Below are positions 9,543 through 20,668 of a stretch of DNA of 64,000 nucleotides, piece by piece; within the stretch, counting starts at the first letter, position 1, and every line of letters starts with the position of its first letter. Source of the DNA: a candidate division FCPU426 bacterium (lineage in GTDB: Bacteria; Oederibacteriota; Muellerivitia; Muellerivitales; Muellerivitaceae); assembly GCA_963796105.1 (NCBI GenBank), contig CAWCKJ010000010.1, positions 96,001 to 160,000 on the forward strand, read 5' to 3'. Position numbers and translations under genes: made by a program. Below the pieces are notes generated by a model. The model worked only from the letters and a program-made list of their open reading frames with translations, did not search any database and had not been told where the DNA came from.

Positions 9543-11861
9543 ATGATTTACTCAAAAAGGATATCCGAAATTCGAGCCCATATTCCAGGGGTCTTGGGAT
9601 TGGCATTTCTGAATATTCTCCTCTTTGGGGATGTTTTATTTAACAAGGGCGCGCGCGTCCTATCAAGCTCCCAGGGCGATATTTTTCTCCACTTCGCCGC
9701 TTGGCGGGAATTCACCTTTGATCAGCTCCGGCAGGGGCATTTAGTATTGTGGAACCCTCATTATCTCTGTGGCGCTCCCTTTTTCGGCGGTTTTGAATCG
9801 GCCATCCTTTATCCTCCTAATTGGTTTTGTCTTCTTTTACCGATCCCTCAGGCTATCAATGTCGGAATCGTCCTTCATGTCTTTCTAGCGGGTTTTTTCA
9901 CATACCTTTGGGCGGCCCACCGGGGACTGCATCCGCTGGCTTGTTTTGTCGCCGGGGTGATTTTCATGTTCGGGGGAGCCTATTTCTTGCATTTATACGC
10001 CGGGCATTTGCCGAATCTTTGCGCGATGGTTTGGGCCCCGCTGATATTTTTATCGGTGGACGGATTGCTAGATAACAACCAGCTTGGGTGGACCCTCTTG
10101 GGGGTTTTCGCTGTTTCCATGCAGATCCTGGCGGGCCACCCCCAGTATGTTTATTTCACGGCGGTCATGACGGTGTTTTATGTGCTTTTGAATCTCAAAA
10201 TAAACTCCAACAAGCCCAGATTAGCCCTGGGCTTGGCCTCCATCGCGGCAGGGGCGTTCTTCCTGACCGCCATTCAATTATGGACGGGGATCCAGGCGGC
10301 GGGGGAATGCGGCCGCGACATAGCCATGGAGTACCATTCGGCGAGTTCCTTTTTCTTTCCTCCCGAAAACCTGGTGACTTTAATTTTGCCTGAATTCTTC
10401 GGGGACCTTGGGGCGGGCCATTACTGGGGCCGCTGGTTTTTATGGGAAATGTCCCTCTTTATTGGCGTCGGGGCTTTTCTATTAGCGGCCATAGGCGCTT
10501 TTAGCGCTGATCATAATCAGAAAAGGAAGGAATTCATCCTCGCGATCCTGGCTTTCATTTTCTCCATCGGCGTTTCAACACCCCTTTACCGGTTCCTTTA
10601 TGATTACATTCCCCTATTCAAGGGATTCAGGGGAATCGGAAAGTTCGATTTTTTAGCCGCCCTCTTTTTATCCATGTTGGCCGCTATAGGTATGGATTAT
10701 TTATTGAAGGCGAAAAATATCCCTCGATGGCCTGGATTTCTGGTGATCATTTTGGGTTTCTTGATGTTCATCACGGGGGCATGCTTGAGTCAATCCCTAT
10801 ACCAAGGCCCGAAAGGAAATTGGGCCGGATTCCTATTCTCCATCCCTTGGGTGAAGGCGCATCTTCACGCGTTGGATTCAGCCGCGAGTGAAAAATTCAT
10901 ACAAGACGTGGGTCTTCATTCCGCCGCGAGCTTATGGTTCGGAGCAACCACTGCGACGCTGCTATCGGTCTTTCTGGTTTTGCGAAAATTTCAAACCAAA
11001 TGGGTCTATGCAGTCGCGGCGGTTTCGGTCCTGGAGCTTTTCGTGTTTGCGCGGATGAACCGGCCCACTTTTGAATGGGCTTCGCTTCAAAAGCAATTCG
11101 CCCAGCTCAAAAGTCCTTACGAAACCGACAAGGGGGATTACCGTGTTTATGGAACAGCCAGCGCCTCCCTGGTCACGGGCGGATTTGATATCTGGGAGGA
11201 TGAGCCCATGATCCTGGCGCGATACGGCCGTTTTGTATGTTACAGCCAGGGACTCCCGGAAAGCCGCTTGTTTTCGGTTGTGCCGATCTTTAAAAAATTC
11301 TCGAAAATCTTCTCCCTGGTCCGCTTAAAGTACTTGATGACTCCCGTTGAGGACCAACTCCAGGTTTACACCCTGCCGTTCAAACCTCTGCCAAGGATGC
11401 TGTTGATGGATCATTGGGAAGTCGTGAGCGATCCGCGGAAAATTCTGGAGCTGCTTTCCGCGCCGGAATTCGATCCCGCCAAGAAGGTATATTTGGAAAG
11501 CCAACCTGGATCAACCCCTCCCGCCGCGGCTGGCAAGGGCTCGGTCGAGTGGAAGGATTTAACCACGGAAAGCATCGAGGTGCATGCTGCCGTTGAGAAT
11601 CCCTCTGTTTTACTGATCACCGATAATTACAGCTCCGGTTGGAAAATAAGGCCACTTCCGGACAGCGGCCAAACCCAATACCAGGTCATGCCGGGGGACG
11701 CTTTTTTACGGGCTGTACCCTTGAGCCCGGGGAAGCATCATTTTATCTTGGAGTACCTTCCCTCGGCCTTTCTTTGCGGTAAATGGGTGTCTATCTTTTC
11801 CGTCTTTTCTTATGTTTTAATAACGATGGTCTGGTTTAAAAAAATAAAAGCGCGCATTTAA
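9543..11861 (+). CDS. YfhO-like polytopic membrane protein (GT-C fold)
   Basis: LWNP...GAPFF, LYPPN, LAGHPQ, many TMs, C-terminal LLITDNY..GW and LRAVPL.PG.H. Confidence 0.8.
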   Translation: MIYSKRISEIRAHIPGVLGLAFLNILLFGDVLFNKGARVLSSSQGDIFLHFAAWREFTFDQLRQGHLVLWNPHYLCGAPFFGGFESAILYPPNWFCLLLPIPQAINVGIVLHVFLAGFFTYLWAAHRGLHPLACFVAGVIFMFGGAYFLHLYAGHLPNLCAMVWAPLIFLSVDGLLDNNQLGWTLLGVFAVSMQILAGHPQYVYFTAVMTVFYVLLNLKINSNKPRLALGLASIAAGAFFLTAIQLWTGIQAAGECGRDIAMEYHSASSFFFPPENLVTLILPEFFGDLGAGHYWGRWFLWEMSLFIGVGAFLLAAIGAFSADHNQKRKEFILAILAFIFSIGVSTPLYRFLYDYIPLFKGFRGIGKFDFLAALFLSMLAAIGMDYLLKAKNIPRWPGFLVIILGFLMFITGACLSQSLYQGPKGNWAGFLFSIPWVKAHLHALDSAASEKFIQDVGLHSAASLWFGATTATLLSVFLVLRKFQTKWVYAVAAVSVLELFVFARMNRPTFEWASLQKQFAQLKSPYETDKGDYRVYGTASASLVTGGFDIWEDEPMILARYGRFVCYSQGLPESRLFSVVPIFKKFSKIFSLVRLKYLMTPVEDQLQVYTLPFKPLPRMLLMDHWEVVSDPRKILELLSAPEFDPAKKVYLESQPGSTPPAAAGKGSVEWKDLTTESIEVHAAVENPSVLLITDNYSSGWKIRPLPDSGQTQYQVMPGDAFLRAVPLSPGKHHFILEYLPSAFLCGKWVSIFSVFSYVLITMVWFKKIKARI

Positions 11862-11953
11862 TCAACCACAAGGCATTTTGACTTCGGCGACCTTTTTTAG
11901 CATTTCCGAGGTGGATTGCCGGGTTTGAGGCGCGCCCCGGGAAAAATGAAAAA

Positions 11954-12832
11954 ATGAAAATAGAGAAACTATTCTCCGAGAAGAAAAGAATCCTGTCCTT
12001 TGAGCTTTTCGCCCCTAAAAAGGAGGAGGACACGGGCCTCCTTTTTCAAACCGCGGAGGAGTTGAAAAAGCTCAACCCGGATTATATCTCGGTGACTTAC
12101 GGGGCCGGGGGAACCAGCCGGAATCTCACTTATGAGATCGCGGTTCAACTCAAACTCATGGGAATCCTGCCCTTGATGCACTTTACCTGCGTCGGCCAAT
12201 CCCGCGGGGAGATCCGCGCGGCCCTCTCAAAAGTCAAGGAAGCCGGGATCGAGAACCTGCTCGCCTTGAGGGGAGACCCCCCCCAGGGGACCGCGAGTTT
12301 CATCCCCCCCGCGGACGGTTTCCGTTACGCCAACGAGCTGGTCGAATTCATCCGCTCTGAAAACTATGATTTTTGCATCGGGGTGGCGGGGTATCCCGAG
12401 GGGCATCCGGAGTCCAAGAGCCGGGATGAGGATTTGAAAAACCTTAAAAGGAAGGTCGACTCGGGCGGTCGGTTCATCGTCACCCAGTTGTTTTTTGATA
12501 ACCGCGATTATTTCCAATTCGTTAAGAATGTCCAGGGAATGGGGGTATCCCTGCCGGTCCAGCCCGGGATGTGGTTATTGACCGATTATTCACAGATCAA
12601 GAAAATCTGCACCCTCTGCGGTTCGAAAATCCCCGATGAGTTGATTGAGAAACTTGAGCCTGTCAAACTCGACAAGGAAGCTGTCGCCCAAATCGGGATC
12701 GAGCAGGCGACCAGGCAATGCGAGGATTTGTTAAAAAACGGGGCGCCAGGCATTCATTTTTACGTGCTGAATAAGAGCCGTTTTGTCCAAAGAGTTCTGG
12801 AAAACCTCAGGGAAAAAGGCTGGATATTTTAA
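11954..12832 (+). CDS. metF: 5,10-methylenetetrahydrofolate reductase
   Basis: LSFELF, SVTYGAGG, HFTC, LALRGDPP, AGYPEGH, TQLFFD, GIHFY. Confidence 0.96.
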   Translation: MKIEKLFSEKKRILSFELFAPKKEEDTGLLFQTAEELKKLNPDYISVTYGAGGTSRNLTYEIAVQLKLMGILPLMHFTCVGQSRGEIRAALSKVKEAGIENLLALRGDPPQGTASFIPPADGFRYANELVEFIRSENYDFCIGVAGYPEGHPESKSRDEDLKNLKRKVDSGGRFIVTQLFFDNRDYFQFVKNVQGMGVSLPVQPGMWLLTDYSQIKKICTLCGSKIPDELIEKLEPVKLDKEAVAQIGIEQATRQCEDLLKNGAPGIHFYVLNKSRFVQRVLENLREKGWIF

Positions 12833-12966
12833 CTAAAGTGTTTTTGGAAAAACTGGTTCGATCAAATGACCATCTTCCGTCTTTCGGGTTTTTATCCCTT
12901 TGTCCCGCGAAATTTTAAGGATATACTAAAAGGAAATCAGGTTTAAATCGAATTCGGGGGAATACC

Positions 12967-13395
12967 ATGTCAGACACAGCCTCCATTTTTAGCCGCCTCA
13001 GGCACGTCCTTCAAAATACCTATTTCTTTCAATCCTTGAAAATGAACGAATTGGATGAATTGATCGGGCACCTGCGCATGATCCGGGTCCAGAAAAATTA
13101 TGAGATCATCAAGCAAGGCGACCCGGGAGATGCTTTTTATCTCATCGCCGCCGGGAAAGTCTCGGTTTGGAAAAAGAAGGGATTCAAAAACTCGAAAGTG
13201 GCCGAATTGCAAACGGATGATTTTTTCGGGGAGATGGCCCTGCTTTCTAACGAGCCCCGAAACGCCACCATCATCGCGGAGGAGGTGACGGAGCTATTCA
13301 TCCTCCAGAAATATGATTTCGAGAAGATTTTGATGAAAAACCCGGCAATTGCCCAGGAACTCAAGCAGGCCTACTTTGACCGCAAGGGAAAATAA
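12967..13395 (+). CDS. Stand-alone cyclic-nucleotide-binding domain protein
   Basis: QGDPGDAFYLI..GKV and phosphate-binding cassette FFGEMALL...PRNAT. Confidence 0.9.
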   Translation: MSDTASIFSRLRHVLQNTYFFQSLKMNELDELIGHLRMIRVQKNYEIIKQGDPGDAFYLIAAGKVSVWKKKGFKNSKVAELQTDDFFGEMALLSNEPRNATIIAEEVTELFILQKYDFEKILMKNPAIAQELKQAYFDRKGK

Positions 13396-13416
13396 AAAGT
13401 CCCTCCTCTTCGGTGA

Positions 13417-13445
13417 TTGACAAAAAACAGGAACATTGGCATATT
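13417..13445 (+). promoter_or_regulatory. Sigma70-type promoter upstream of tRNA/tilS
   Basis: TTGACA-N17-CATATT. Confidence 0.5.
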
Positions 13446-13534
13446 TTCCCCTTGTTTCGTGTCAGTTCGTCTCTAATATCCAAGCGATTTTCTCCCTTTG
13501 AGTTTAAATAGAATGGTTGATCAGGTTTAAAAAT

Positions 13535-13611
13535 GGCGGGGTAGCTCAGCTGGTTAGAGCATTCGGCTCATACCCGAAGTGTCGGCGGTTCGAGTCCGCC
13601 CCCCGCTACCA
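13535..13611 (+). tRNA. tRNA with CAT anticodon, probably elongator tRNA-Met
   Basis: GGCGGGG/CCCCGCT acceptor stem, loop CTCATAC, GTTCGAG, CCA; paired 1:72 so not initiator. Confidence 0.92.
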
Positions 13612-13644
13612 TAATTTTGACGCGGCCTCCGGTGGACAATCCCC

Positions 13645-14661
13645 ATGAACGATCCTTGCCTTCGCCCAATCCCCATTCCTTTAGGTTCCCGCCTGGTGGT
13701 GGGTGTCTCTGGAGGGGCGGATTCCGTGGCGCTATTGGATATTCTCGCCAGAGAATGGCCCCGGTCCCAAAAGACCCTGACTGCGGCGCATGTCAATTAC
13801 GGCCTGAGAAAAAAGGACTCCGAAAAAGACGAGGAGTGGGTCCGGTCACTTTGCCGGGAGAGGAAGATCCAACTCAGGGTTTTGAAATTTAAGGATTTTA
13901 AGAATGAGTCCAAATTGAAAAAGAAATCACTCCAGGACTACGCGCGAGAAGTCAGGTATTCCTTTTTCGCCAGGTTGGCAAAGGGAAAAAAGGCCTGGGG
14001 AGCCGTGGCCGCGCATCACCAGGAGGACCAGGCGGAAACCGTTCTGGACCGCTTATTAAGGGGAGCGGGGCCCCGGGGACTCTCGGGTCTGCGGACTGTC
14101 CAGGAACTTTCGGTCCCTCCCAGAATGGAGCATTTGAAAATTTGGCGTCCCTTCCTTTCCTATTCGAAATCGGATTTGCGGGAATACTTGGTGAGACGGG
14201 GAATTTCCTGGAGGGAAGACGAATCCAACCTCCAAAATCTTTACCGCCGGAACCAAATCCGCAACCAGGTCCTGCCTTACCTTTCCAAGTGGAACCCCGC
14301 CCTGGCCCAGACCTTAAGCCGTGTGGGCGAAATCACCGCGGTGGAGGACCAGTTTTTGGAAACACTCATGTCGGGTATGGCAAAGCGGGTGAAAAGCCGT
14401 TGGAAGGGCGGAACCATTCAGGTGGATTTAAAAGCCATCGGAAAATTTCACCTGGCGTTGAAAAGGCGCTTCATCCGGTTTACCGCTGAAAAATTAAACG
14501 TCGAGGCCCGTGGGCTTTCTTATAAGGGTATTCAAGAGATTCTCCGCCTTTGGGAGGGCCAAGAAACAGGACCCAGGGATATCGGCTATGACTTGACAGC
14601 GGGTGTCCGGGGAAAGACGGCTTTCCTCTCGCGCAAGGCACAAAAAGCCTCTTTTCATTAA
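13645..14661 (+). CDS. tilS: tRNA(Ile)-lysidine synthase
   Basis: GVSGGADS PP-loop, AHVNYGLR, AHH.EDQAET, RG.G..GL, EDESN, RN.IR. Confidence 0.95.
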   Translation: MNDPCLRPIPIPLGSRLVVGVSGGADSVALLDILAREWPRSQKTLTAAHVNYGLRKKDSEKDEEWVRSLCRERKIQLRVLKFKDFKNESKLKKKSLQDYAREVRYSFFARLAKGKKAWGAVAAHHQEDQAETVLDRLLRGAGPRGLSGLRTVQELSVPPRMEHLKIWRPFLSYSKSDLREYLVRRGISWREDESNLQNLYRRNQIRNQVLPYLSKWNPALAQTLSRVGEITAVEDQFLETLMSGMAKRVKSRWKGGTIQVDLKAIGKFHLALKRRFIRFTAEKLNVEARGLSYKGIQEILRLWEGQETGPRDIGYDLTAGVRGKTAFLSRKAQKASFH

Positions 14662-14823
14662 GCGGGCGTTCATTTTCCAGTGTTTAAACCCATGGGCGCT
14701 CCATCCGCCTTTGCTTGCAAATTAAAATGGCGTTCAGCTATGATACGAACCTTGTTTATTCCCACCGCTTTTCTTAAGGTTATTGGACAACTTGGCCCTA
14801 TTTCTTAGCTCAGGAGTATTCTT

Positions 14824-16764
14824 GTGAACCAAAATTTCAAAATATTCGCGGGATGGCTTTTGGTATTCGTGGTTGTCATGTATTTCCTGCAGCTGCCCAA
14901 CCACCAGAAAAAGAGCGAGACTTGGGATTACTCGAAGTTCGTGACCCAGGTTCAGACTGGGAAGGTGGATAAGGTAGAAATCCAGCAGGACGAGCGCGTT
15001 ATCGCCGGAAAAACCAAGGACGCGGTCCCTGGCGACTTTACGACGGTTTATCCCGATGACCCGAATTTAACCAAGCTTCTTTTGGAACAAAACGTGGCTT
15101 TCTCGGTAAGGGCCCCTGAGCATCCAACGAAGTTTTGGTCGATCCTCATCAACTTCGGCCCCATTCTCCTCCTTTTGGGATATTTCATTTTCATGATGCG
15201 CCAAGCCCAGGGGGGCGGCGGGGGAGCCATGGCTTTCGGGAAGAGCCGCGCGCGATTGATGACCTCGGGACAGCAAAAAGTGACTTTCGCGGACGTGGCG
15301 GGCGTGGATGAGGCCAAGACGGAGCTGATGGAAGTTGTGGATTTCCTGAAGGATCCCAAGAAATACCAGCTTTTAGGCGGCAAGATCCCCAAGGGTGTCA
15401 TCCTATTGGGGCCCCCCGGGACAGGCAAGACCCTGTTGGCCAAGGCCGTTGCGGGCGAGGCGGGAGTGCCATTTTTCTCCATCTCCGGTTCGGACTTCGT
15501 GGAGATGTTCGTAGGCGTGGGAGCCGCCAGGGTACGGGACCTTTTTGAGCAGGGGAAAAAACACGCGCCCTGCATCATCTTCATCGACGAGATCGACGCG
15601 GTCGGCCGCCAGCGCGGGGCCGGCTTGGGCGGGGGCCACGACGAGCGCGAGCAGACCTTGAACGCCATGCTGGTGGAGATGGACGGATTCAACACGAACA
15701 CCGGCGTGATCTTGATCGCGGCCACCAACCGCATGGACGTCCTGGACCCGGCCCTCCTGAGGCCCGGGCGGTTTGACAGGCAGGTCGTGGTGGACAGGCC
15801 GGACCTGGGCGGACGCGAGGCCATATTGAGGGTCCACGCGAAAAACGTGAAACTTTCCGACAAGGTGGACCTTTCGGTCATCTCCCGGAGGACGCCCGGC
15901 TTCACGGGGGCGGACCTGGCGAATCTCATCAACGAGGCCGCCCTGCTGGCGGCGCGCAGGAACAAGAAAAGCGTGGAGCTCTCCGAGCTCGAGGAATCCA
16001 TCGACAGGGTCATGGCGGGTCCCGAGCGGCGAACCAGGATCATTTCCGACAAGGAAAAAAAGATCGTGGCCTACCACGAGTCGGGACACACCATCGTCGC
16101 GAAAAAGACCGACGGCACCAACCCGGTCCACAAGGTTTCCATCATTCCCCGGGGCCACGCGGCACTGGGTTATACACTCCAGGTCCCCACCGAGGACCGC
16201 TTCCTGGCTTCCCGGAAGGACCTCCTGGGGCAGATCACCACGCTCCTGGGAGGGCGCTCGGCCGAGGAGATTGTTTTCGGGGATATTACCACCGGCGCCG
16301 GAAACGATTTGGACCGCGCCACGGCCCTGGCCCACGCGATGGTCTGCGAGTACGGCATGAGCGAGAAGCTCGGCTCCTTGACCCTGGGCCGGAAGGATGA
16401 TTTCGTCTTCATCGGCCGGGACCTCATGAAGGAAAAGAACTATTCCGAGAGGACCGCCCAGATCATCGACGACGAGGTCAAGAGAATCGTCGAGGACTGC
16501 CATGACAAGGCCCGCAAAATACTCATCAAGAACCGGAAGTTCCTGAAAATCATGGCGGAAGCCCTTTTGGAGCGCGAGATCCTGGACGGGTCCGAGGTGG
16601 ATGACATCCTGGCTGGGAAGAAGATCCCCCCCAAACCGATCGTCAAGACGCCCGTTTCCCCTTCCGAGCCCCCAGGTTCCGCCACGGCCGAATCCGCGCC
16701 CCCGGTAGCCTTGAAGCCACAAAGCGCCCCATCCCAGGCCGCGGAGGGGGGACGGGTTGGATAA
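14824..16764 (+). CDS. ftsH: ATP-dependent zinc metalloprotease FtsH
   Basis: Two TMs, [26 protein letters not shown] zinc site. Confidence 0.98.
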   Translation: MNQNFKIFAGWLLVFVVVMYFLQLPNHQKKSETWDYSKFVTQVQTGKVDKVEIQQDERVIAGKTKDAVPGDFTTVYPDDPNLTKLLLEQNVAFSVRAPEHPTKFWSILINFGPILLLLGYFIFMMRQAQGGGGGAMAFGKSRARLMTSGQQKVTFADVAGVDEAKTELMEVVDFLKDPKKYQLLGGKIPKGVILLGPPGTGKTLLAKAVAGEAGVPFFSISGSDFVEMFVGVGAARVRDLFEQGKKHAPCIIFIDEIDAVGRQRGAGLGGGHDEREQTLNAMLVEMDGFNTNTGVILIAATNRMDVLDPALLRPGRFDRQVVVDRPDLGGREAILRVHAKNVKLSDKVDLSVISRRTPGFTGADLANLINEAALLAARRNKKSVELSELEESIDRVMAGPERRTRIISDKEKKIVAYHESGHTIVAKKTDGTNPVHKVSIIPRGHAALGYTLQVPTEDRFLASRKDLLGQITTLLGGRSAEEIVFGDITTGAGNDLDRATALAHAMVCEYGMSEKLGSLTLGRKDDFVFIGRDLMKEKNYSERTAQIIDDEVKRIVEDCHDKARKILIKNRKFLKIMAEALLEREILDGSEVDDILAGKKIPPKPIVKTPVSPSEPPGSATAESAPPVALKPQSAPSQAAEGGRVG

Positions 16765-17314
16765 AACCCGCATTGAGAAAGCGGTCCGGGAGATCATCAT
16801 CGCCATCGGGGAAGACCCCGATCGCGAGGGCTTGCGGGAAACCCCCAAAAGGGTCGCGAAGATGTATGAGGAGGTTTTCTCCGGCCTGCAAGTCGACGCC
16901 AGGGACCTGATCACGACCTTCGAGACGGAAGGCCATGAGGAAATGGTCATCCTCAAGGACATCCCCTTTTATTCCATGTGCGAGCACCACCTTCTCCCCT
17001 TTTACGGCAAGGCCCATGTCGCTTATATCCCCCGCAAAGACCGCCTGGCGGGTCTTTCCAAACTCGCCAGGGTCGTGGAGACGGTGTCCCGGCGCCCCCA
17101 GCTCCAGGAAAGAATCACCACTAGGATCGCGGACATCCTGATGGGATCGTTGAAGGCTCATGGGGTTCTCGTCATCGTGGAAGCCGAGCATTTGTGCATG
17201 ACCATGAGGGGGGTGAAAAAATCGGGTTCCCGCATGACCACCTCGGCGGTCCGCGGGGTTTTCACCAAGAGTGTGGCTACCCGCATGGAAGCCTTGAACC
17301 TTATCGGAAAGTAG
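16757..17314 (+). CDS. folE: GTP cyclohydrolase I
   Basis: REGL.ETP.RV, SMCEHH, GLSKLAR, RPQLQE, HLCM.MRG. Confidence 0.97.
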   Translation: MDKTRIEKAVREIIIAIGEDPDREGLRETPKRVAKMYEEVFSGLQVDARDLITTFETEGHEEMVILKDIPFYSMCEHHLLPFYGKAHVAYIPRKDRLAGLSKLARVVETVSRRPQLQERITTRIADILMGSLKAHGVLVIVEAEHLCMTMRGVKKSGSRMTTSAVRGVFTKSVATRMEALNLIGK

Positions 17315-17320
17315 GCGCCC

Positions 17321-18496
17321 ATGCCGCCCATTGGCAGGGTTTCCTTCAGGATTCTCTATCCTGAGCAGTTTTTTCTTCCCAGCCTTCCTCCTTCTTCCGT
17401 TCCTTTGAATCTTTCGGCTGACTTTTTGAAAAAGGCTGACTTCGAAAAATTCGAGAAAAGCCTTCGAAATCTTTACCCCTCCCTGAAAATAACCGGAGTC
17501 CAGAAGAAATATTTCAACCTGTCCTGGTGGATGGATCGAGAAACCGCCCTGGTCTTGTCGGTTAAAATCAGATCTCAATTTCCGGAATTATTCATTCAAA
17601 TTAAAAAGAGCATCGAGGGCTATTACCATTCCGGCCCTTGGTCCTTGATGGGGCCAGGGAAAAAGTTATTCCGATGGACGAACAGGACCCAGGTCATGGG
17701 TATCCTCAATGTCACGCCTGATTCTTTCTCCGACGGGGGCCTTTTTTCAAGCCCGGAGCGGGCCGTGGAGCGGGCGCTCCAAATGCAGGACGAGGGGGCC
17801 GATTGGCTCGATGTCGGAGGGGAATCCACCAGGCCAGGCGCCAAAGGGGTTGCGGCGTCGGACGAAAAAAAGAGGGTTTTGCCCGTCATCCGGGCCTGCG
17901 CCAAGGTCCTTCGAATTCCCATTTCCATTGATACTTACAAGTCGGAGGTGGCCAGAGCCGCGGTGGGCGAGGGCGCCAGGATGGTGAATGACATCGGGGC
18001 CTTGGGTTTGGACCCCAAAATGGCGAAAACATTGGCCCGATTGAAAGTACCTGTCATCCTGATGCATATGCGGGGAAAGCCCCGGGTCATGCAAAAAAAT
18101 CCATTCTATGCGGATGTCATGGGGGAAATCCTGGCTTTTTTTCGGGAAAAAATCGGGTTGGCCGTGGAAAGCGGAATTGAGGAAAGCCGTATTCTGATCG
18201 ATCCTGGTTTCGGGTTCGGGAAATTACCCTGGCATAACATTGAAATCACCCGAAGGCTTTGGCAATTCAAGGTCTTGGGAAGGCCCCTGGTCTTCGGACC
18301 CTCCCGGAAATCGACCCTGGGCGTCCTTTTAAAAGAGAAATCCCCCGGTCAAAGGGAGGAGGGGACCGCGGCCGCCGTGACGGCGGGGATCCTGAAGGGG
18401 GCCGATTTTATTCGAGTTCATGATGTCAAAGCCATGGTTCGTGTGGTAAAAATAGCCGATGCCATCCGATATGACAGGGGTCTCTTGAAGCCATGA
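17321..18496 (+). CDS. folP: Dihydropteroate synthase with N-terminal extension
   Basis: MGILNVTPDSFSDGG, GGESTRPG, SIDTYK, DPGFGFGK, SRK, RVHDV. Confidence 0.95.
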   Translation: MPPIGRVSFRILYPEQFFLPSLPPSSVPLNLSADFLKKADFEKFEKSLRNLYPSLKITGVQKKYFNLSWWMDRETALVLSVKIRSQFPELFIQIKKSIEGYYHSGPWSLMGPGKKLFRWTNRTQVMGILNVTPDSFSDGGLFSSPERAVERALQMQDEGADWLDVGGESTRPGAKGVAASDEKKRVLPVIRACAKVLRIPISIDTYKSEVARAAVGEGARMVNDIGALGLDPKMAKTLARLKVPVILMHMRGKPRVMQKNPFYADVMGEILAFFREKIGLAVESGIEESRILIDPGFGFGKLPWHNIEITRRLWQFKVLGRPLVFGPSRKSTLGVLLKEKSPGQREEGTAAAVTAGILKGADFIRVHDVKAMVRVVKIADAIRYDRGLLKP

Positions 18497-19260
18497 ATAA
18501 CCTGATGACGCTCCTCTCCAATTTCCGCCTGATGGACGCCCTGGACATCCTGGTCGTGGCTTTCGTGACTTACCAGCTCCTGCTCCTGATCCGGGAGGTC
18601 CATGCCACCCGGATCGTCCTGGGTTTTTCTATCCTGTTTTTGGCCACGGCGGTGGCGAGCCAGTTCCACCTCCTGACCCTGGACTGGCTTTTGAGCAACT
18701 TGGGCCCCTTTTTCCTGATCGCCTTCGTGGTGGTTTTCCAGCCGGACTTGAGGCGCATCATTTCCCAAATCGGGAAGGGCGGGGGATTTTGGGGCGGCGT
18801 GTTCCAGGGGGACGCGCTTCTTTTCAAGGAGGTCACTATTGCTGTCAAGGACCTGGTCAAAGCCAAGCGCGGGGCCTTGATCGTCTTGGAGAGGGACGAC
18901 AGCCTTCAAAGCGTCCTGGACGCGGGAACCAAGATCGAGGCGGACGTCACCTCGGAACTGCTGGTCACCTTGTTCGTCTCCAACTCGCCCCTCCATGACG
19001 GGGCTGTCATCATCCGCGGGGGGAAAATCGCCTCCGCCGCCTGCATCCTCCCCTTGAGCCAGAATCCACATTTGAGTAAATCCTACGGGACGCGCCACAG
19101 GGCCGCCGTGGGAATCACCGAGGAGACGGACGCCTTGGCCATCTGTGTTTCCGAGGAGAACCACACGATTTCATTCGCCATGGCCGGCAAAATCACCCCA
19201 GAAATCGACGTGGACACGCTTGAGGAAATGCTGACCCTTTACGGAACGAAGGTTGATTGA
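18493..19260 (+). CDS. cdaA: Membrane diadenylate cyclase CdaA/DacA
   Basis: Three TMs, PLHDGAV and GTRHRAA catalytic motifs. Confidence 0.95.
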   Translation: MNNLMTLLSNFRLMDALDILVVAFVTYQLLLLIREVHATRIVLGFSILFLATAVASQFHLLTLDWLLSNLGPFFLIAFVVVFQPDLRRIISQIGKGGGFWGGVFQGDALLFKEVTIAVKDLVKAKRGALIVLERDDSLQSVLDAGTKIEADVTSELLVTLFVSNSPLHDGAVIIRGGKIASAACILPLSQNPHLSKSYGTRHRAAVGITEETDALAICVSEENHTISFAMAGKITPEIDVDTLEEMLTLYGTKVD

Positions 19261-19306
19261 AATTGATGAGTTTTAAAAATAAAAGCATTTGCGGTTTATT
19301 TTAACT

Positions 19307-19460
19307 TGTCATTGCGAGCTGCGAATTTTGCGGCGAAGCAACCTAAGTTTATGGGTGGTTTAAAGCTGTGGGTTTTGCCGAGGGCAAAATTCCTTGATTT
19401 AAACTGTGGTTGCTTCCTCGTCAACGCCCGCCTATTCGGCGGTCACTCGTCGCAATGACA
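19307..19460. repeat. Intergenic palindromic element, family 1 (GTCATTGCGAG...CGCAATGAC), copy 1
   Basis: Terminal IR TGTCATTGCG/CGCAATGACA, inner GAAGCAACC/GGTTGCTTC; homologous to 21851-21993. Confidence 0.85.
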
Positions 19461-19540
19461 TCTAAGCAAAGCAAAACTAAAAATAGGTTGCTTTGTGCAA
19501 ATTCAGGAAAGAGTAAAATTTAAAATTATCGGAGAAGAGC

Positions 19541-19915
19541 ATGAAGCGGTGGCTGTTTGAGAATCTCGGCATGAAACTTTTGGCGCTGTTCGTCGCTTTT
19601 TCCCTCTGGGCATACGTGGGTTCCCGCTTGATCCTGGAGAGAAAGATCACTTTGCATTTGGAACTCACCGACATTCCCTCGGGGTTGAAGGTGGATTCCA
19701 GCGTGAGAACGACAGTCCCGGTCGTCTTGATTGGGCGCAAGGAAACAGTGCTGGATGTCGATCCCGAGGATCTTTCGGCGGTGGTCAGCTTGAAAGGCTA
19801 TACCACCCCCAAAAGGGAAATCTTGTTGAAGCCCCGGGTCCAGCCGCTTCCGGGAGGGGTTGACGCGTCCGTCAACAGCATCGCGGTAAGGCTCATCCCC
19901 ATATCAAACAAATAG
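19541..19915 (+). CDS. CdaR/YbbR-like regulator (short, single domain)
   Basis: N.GMKLLAL.VAF.LW.YV anchor typical of YbbR; follows cdaA. Confidence 0.8.
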   Translation: MKRWLFENLGMKLLALFVAFSLWAYVGSRLILERKITLHLELTDIPSGLKVDSSVRTTVPVVLIGRKETVLDVDPEDLSAVVSLKGYTTPKREILLKPRVQPLPGGVDASVNSIAVRLIPISNK

Positions 19916-19924
19916 AGGTGAACC

Positions 19925-20668
19925 ATGGCCACTCTTTGCGTGAATATCGACCACATCGCCACCCTCAGGCAGGCCCGGATGGAGGATGAACCGGACCCGG
20001 TCCAGGCCGCCAAGCTGGCGGAGAAGGCCGGAGCCATCGGCATCACGGTCCACCTGCGGGAGGACCGCAGGCATATCCAGGATCGGGATGTTCGTCTCTT
20101 GCGCAAGATCGTCAAGACCAAGCTCAACCTGGAAATGGCCGCGACCTGGGAAATGGTCAGGATCGCGCTGAAAATCAAGCCCGACCAGGTCACCCTCGTG
20201 CCGGAAAAGAGAAAAGAAGTGACCACCGAGGGAGGGCTGGACTTGAAAAGCTCCCCTGGGAGGTTCCAAGGCGTCATTGACAAGATACAGGGCGCGGGAA
20301 TACCCGTCTCCCTTTTCATCAACCCCGATCCCAAGACCATCCTTCTTTCCTCCCGCATGGGCGCGGAGTATATCGAGATCCACACGGGCGCTTACAGCCA
20401 GGCCTGCCGGGGGAAGGGAAACATCAAGGAAACCTTCGTGGAAATCGCCGCCGGGGCGAAATTGGCGAAATCCTGGGGCCTGAAGGTGCACGCGGGCCAT
20501 GGCTTGACTTATAATAATGTCATTCCGGTGGCAGCCCTTCCGGAGATTGAGGATTTGAATATCGGCCATAACATCATCGCCAGGGCGGCCATGGTGGGAA
20601 TGGAAAAAGCCGTCAAGGAAATGTCGCTTCTTTTGCGAAAAGCCCGGACCGGGAAAAGGAGAATCTAA
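19925..20668 (+). CDS. pdxJ: Pyridoxine 5'-phosphate synthase
   Basis: [42 protein letters not shown]. Confidence 0.98.
   Translation: MATLCVNIDHIATLRQARMEDEPDPVQAAKLAEKAGAIGITVHLREDRRHIQDRDVRLLRKIVKTKLNLEMAATWEMVRIALKIKPDQVTLVPEKRKEVTTEGGLDLKSSPGRFQGVIDKIQGAGIPVSLFINPDPKTILLSSRMGAEYIEIHTGAYSQACRGKGNIKETFVEIAAGAKLAKSWGLKVHAGHGLTYNNVIPVAALPEIEDLNIGHNIIARAAMVGMEKAVKEMSLLLRKARTGKRRI

Noticed and set aside
11862..11953. SAM or other riboswitch before metF
   Set aside because: Short spacer with no recognisable aptamer consensus
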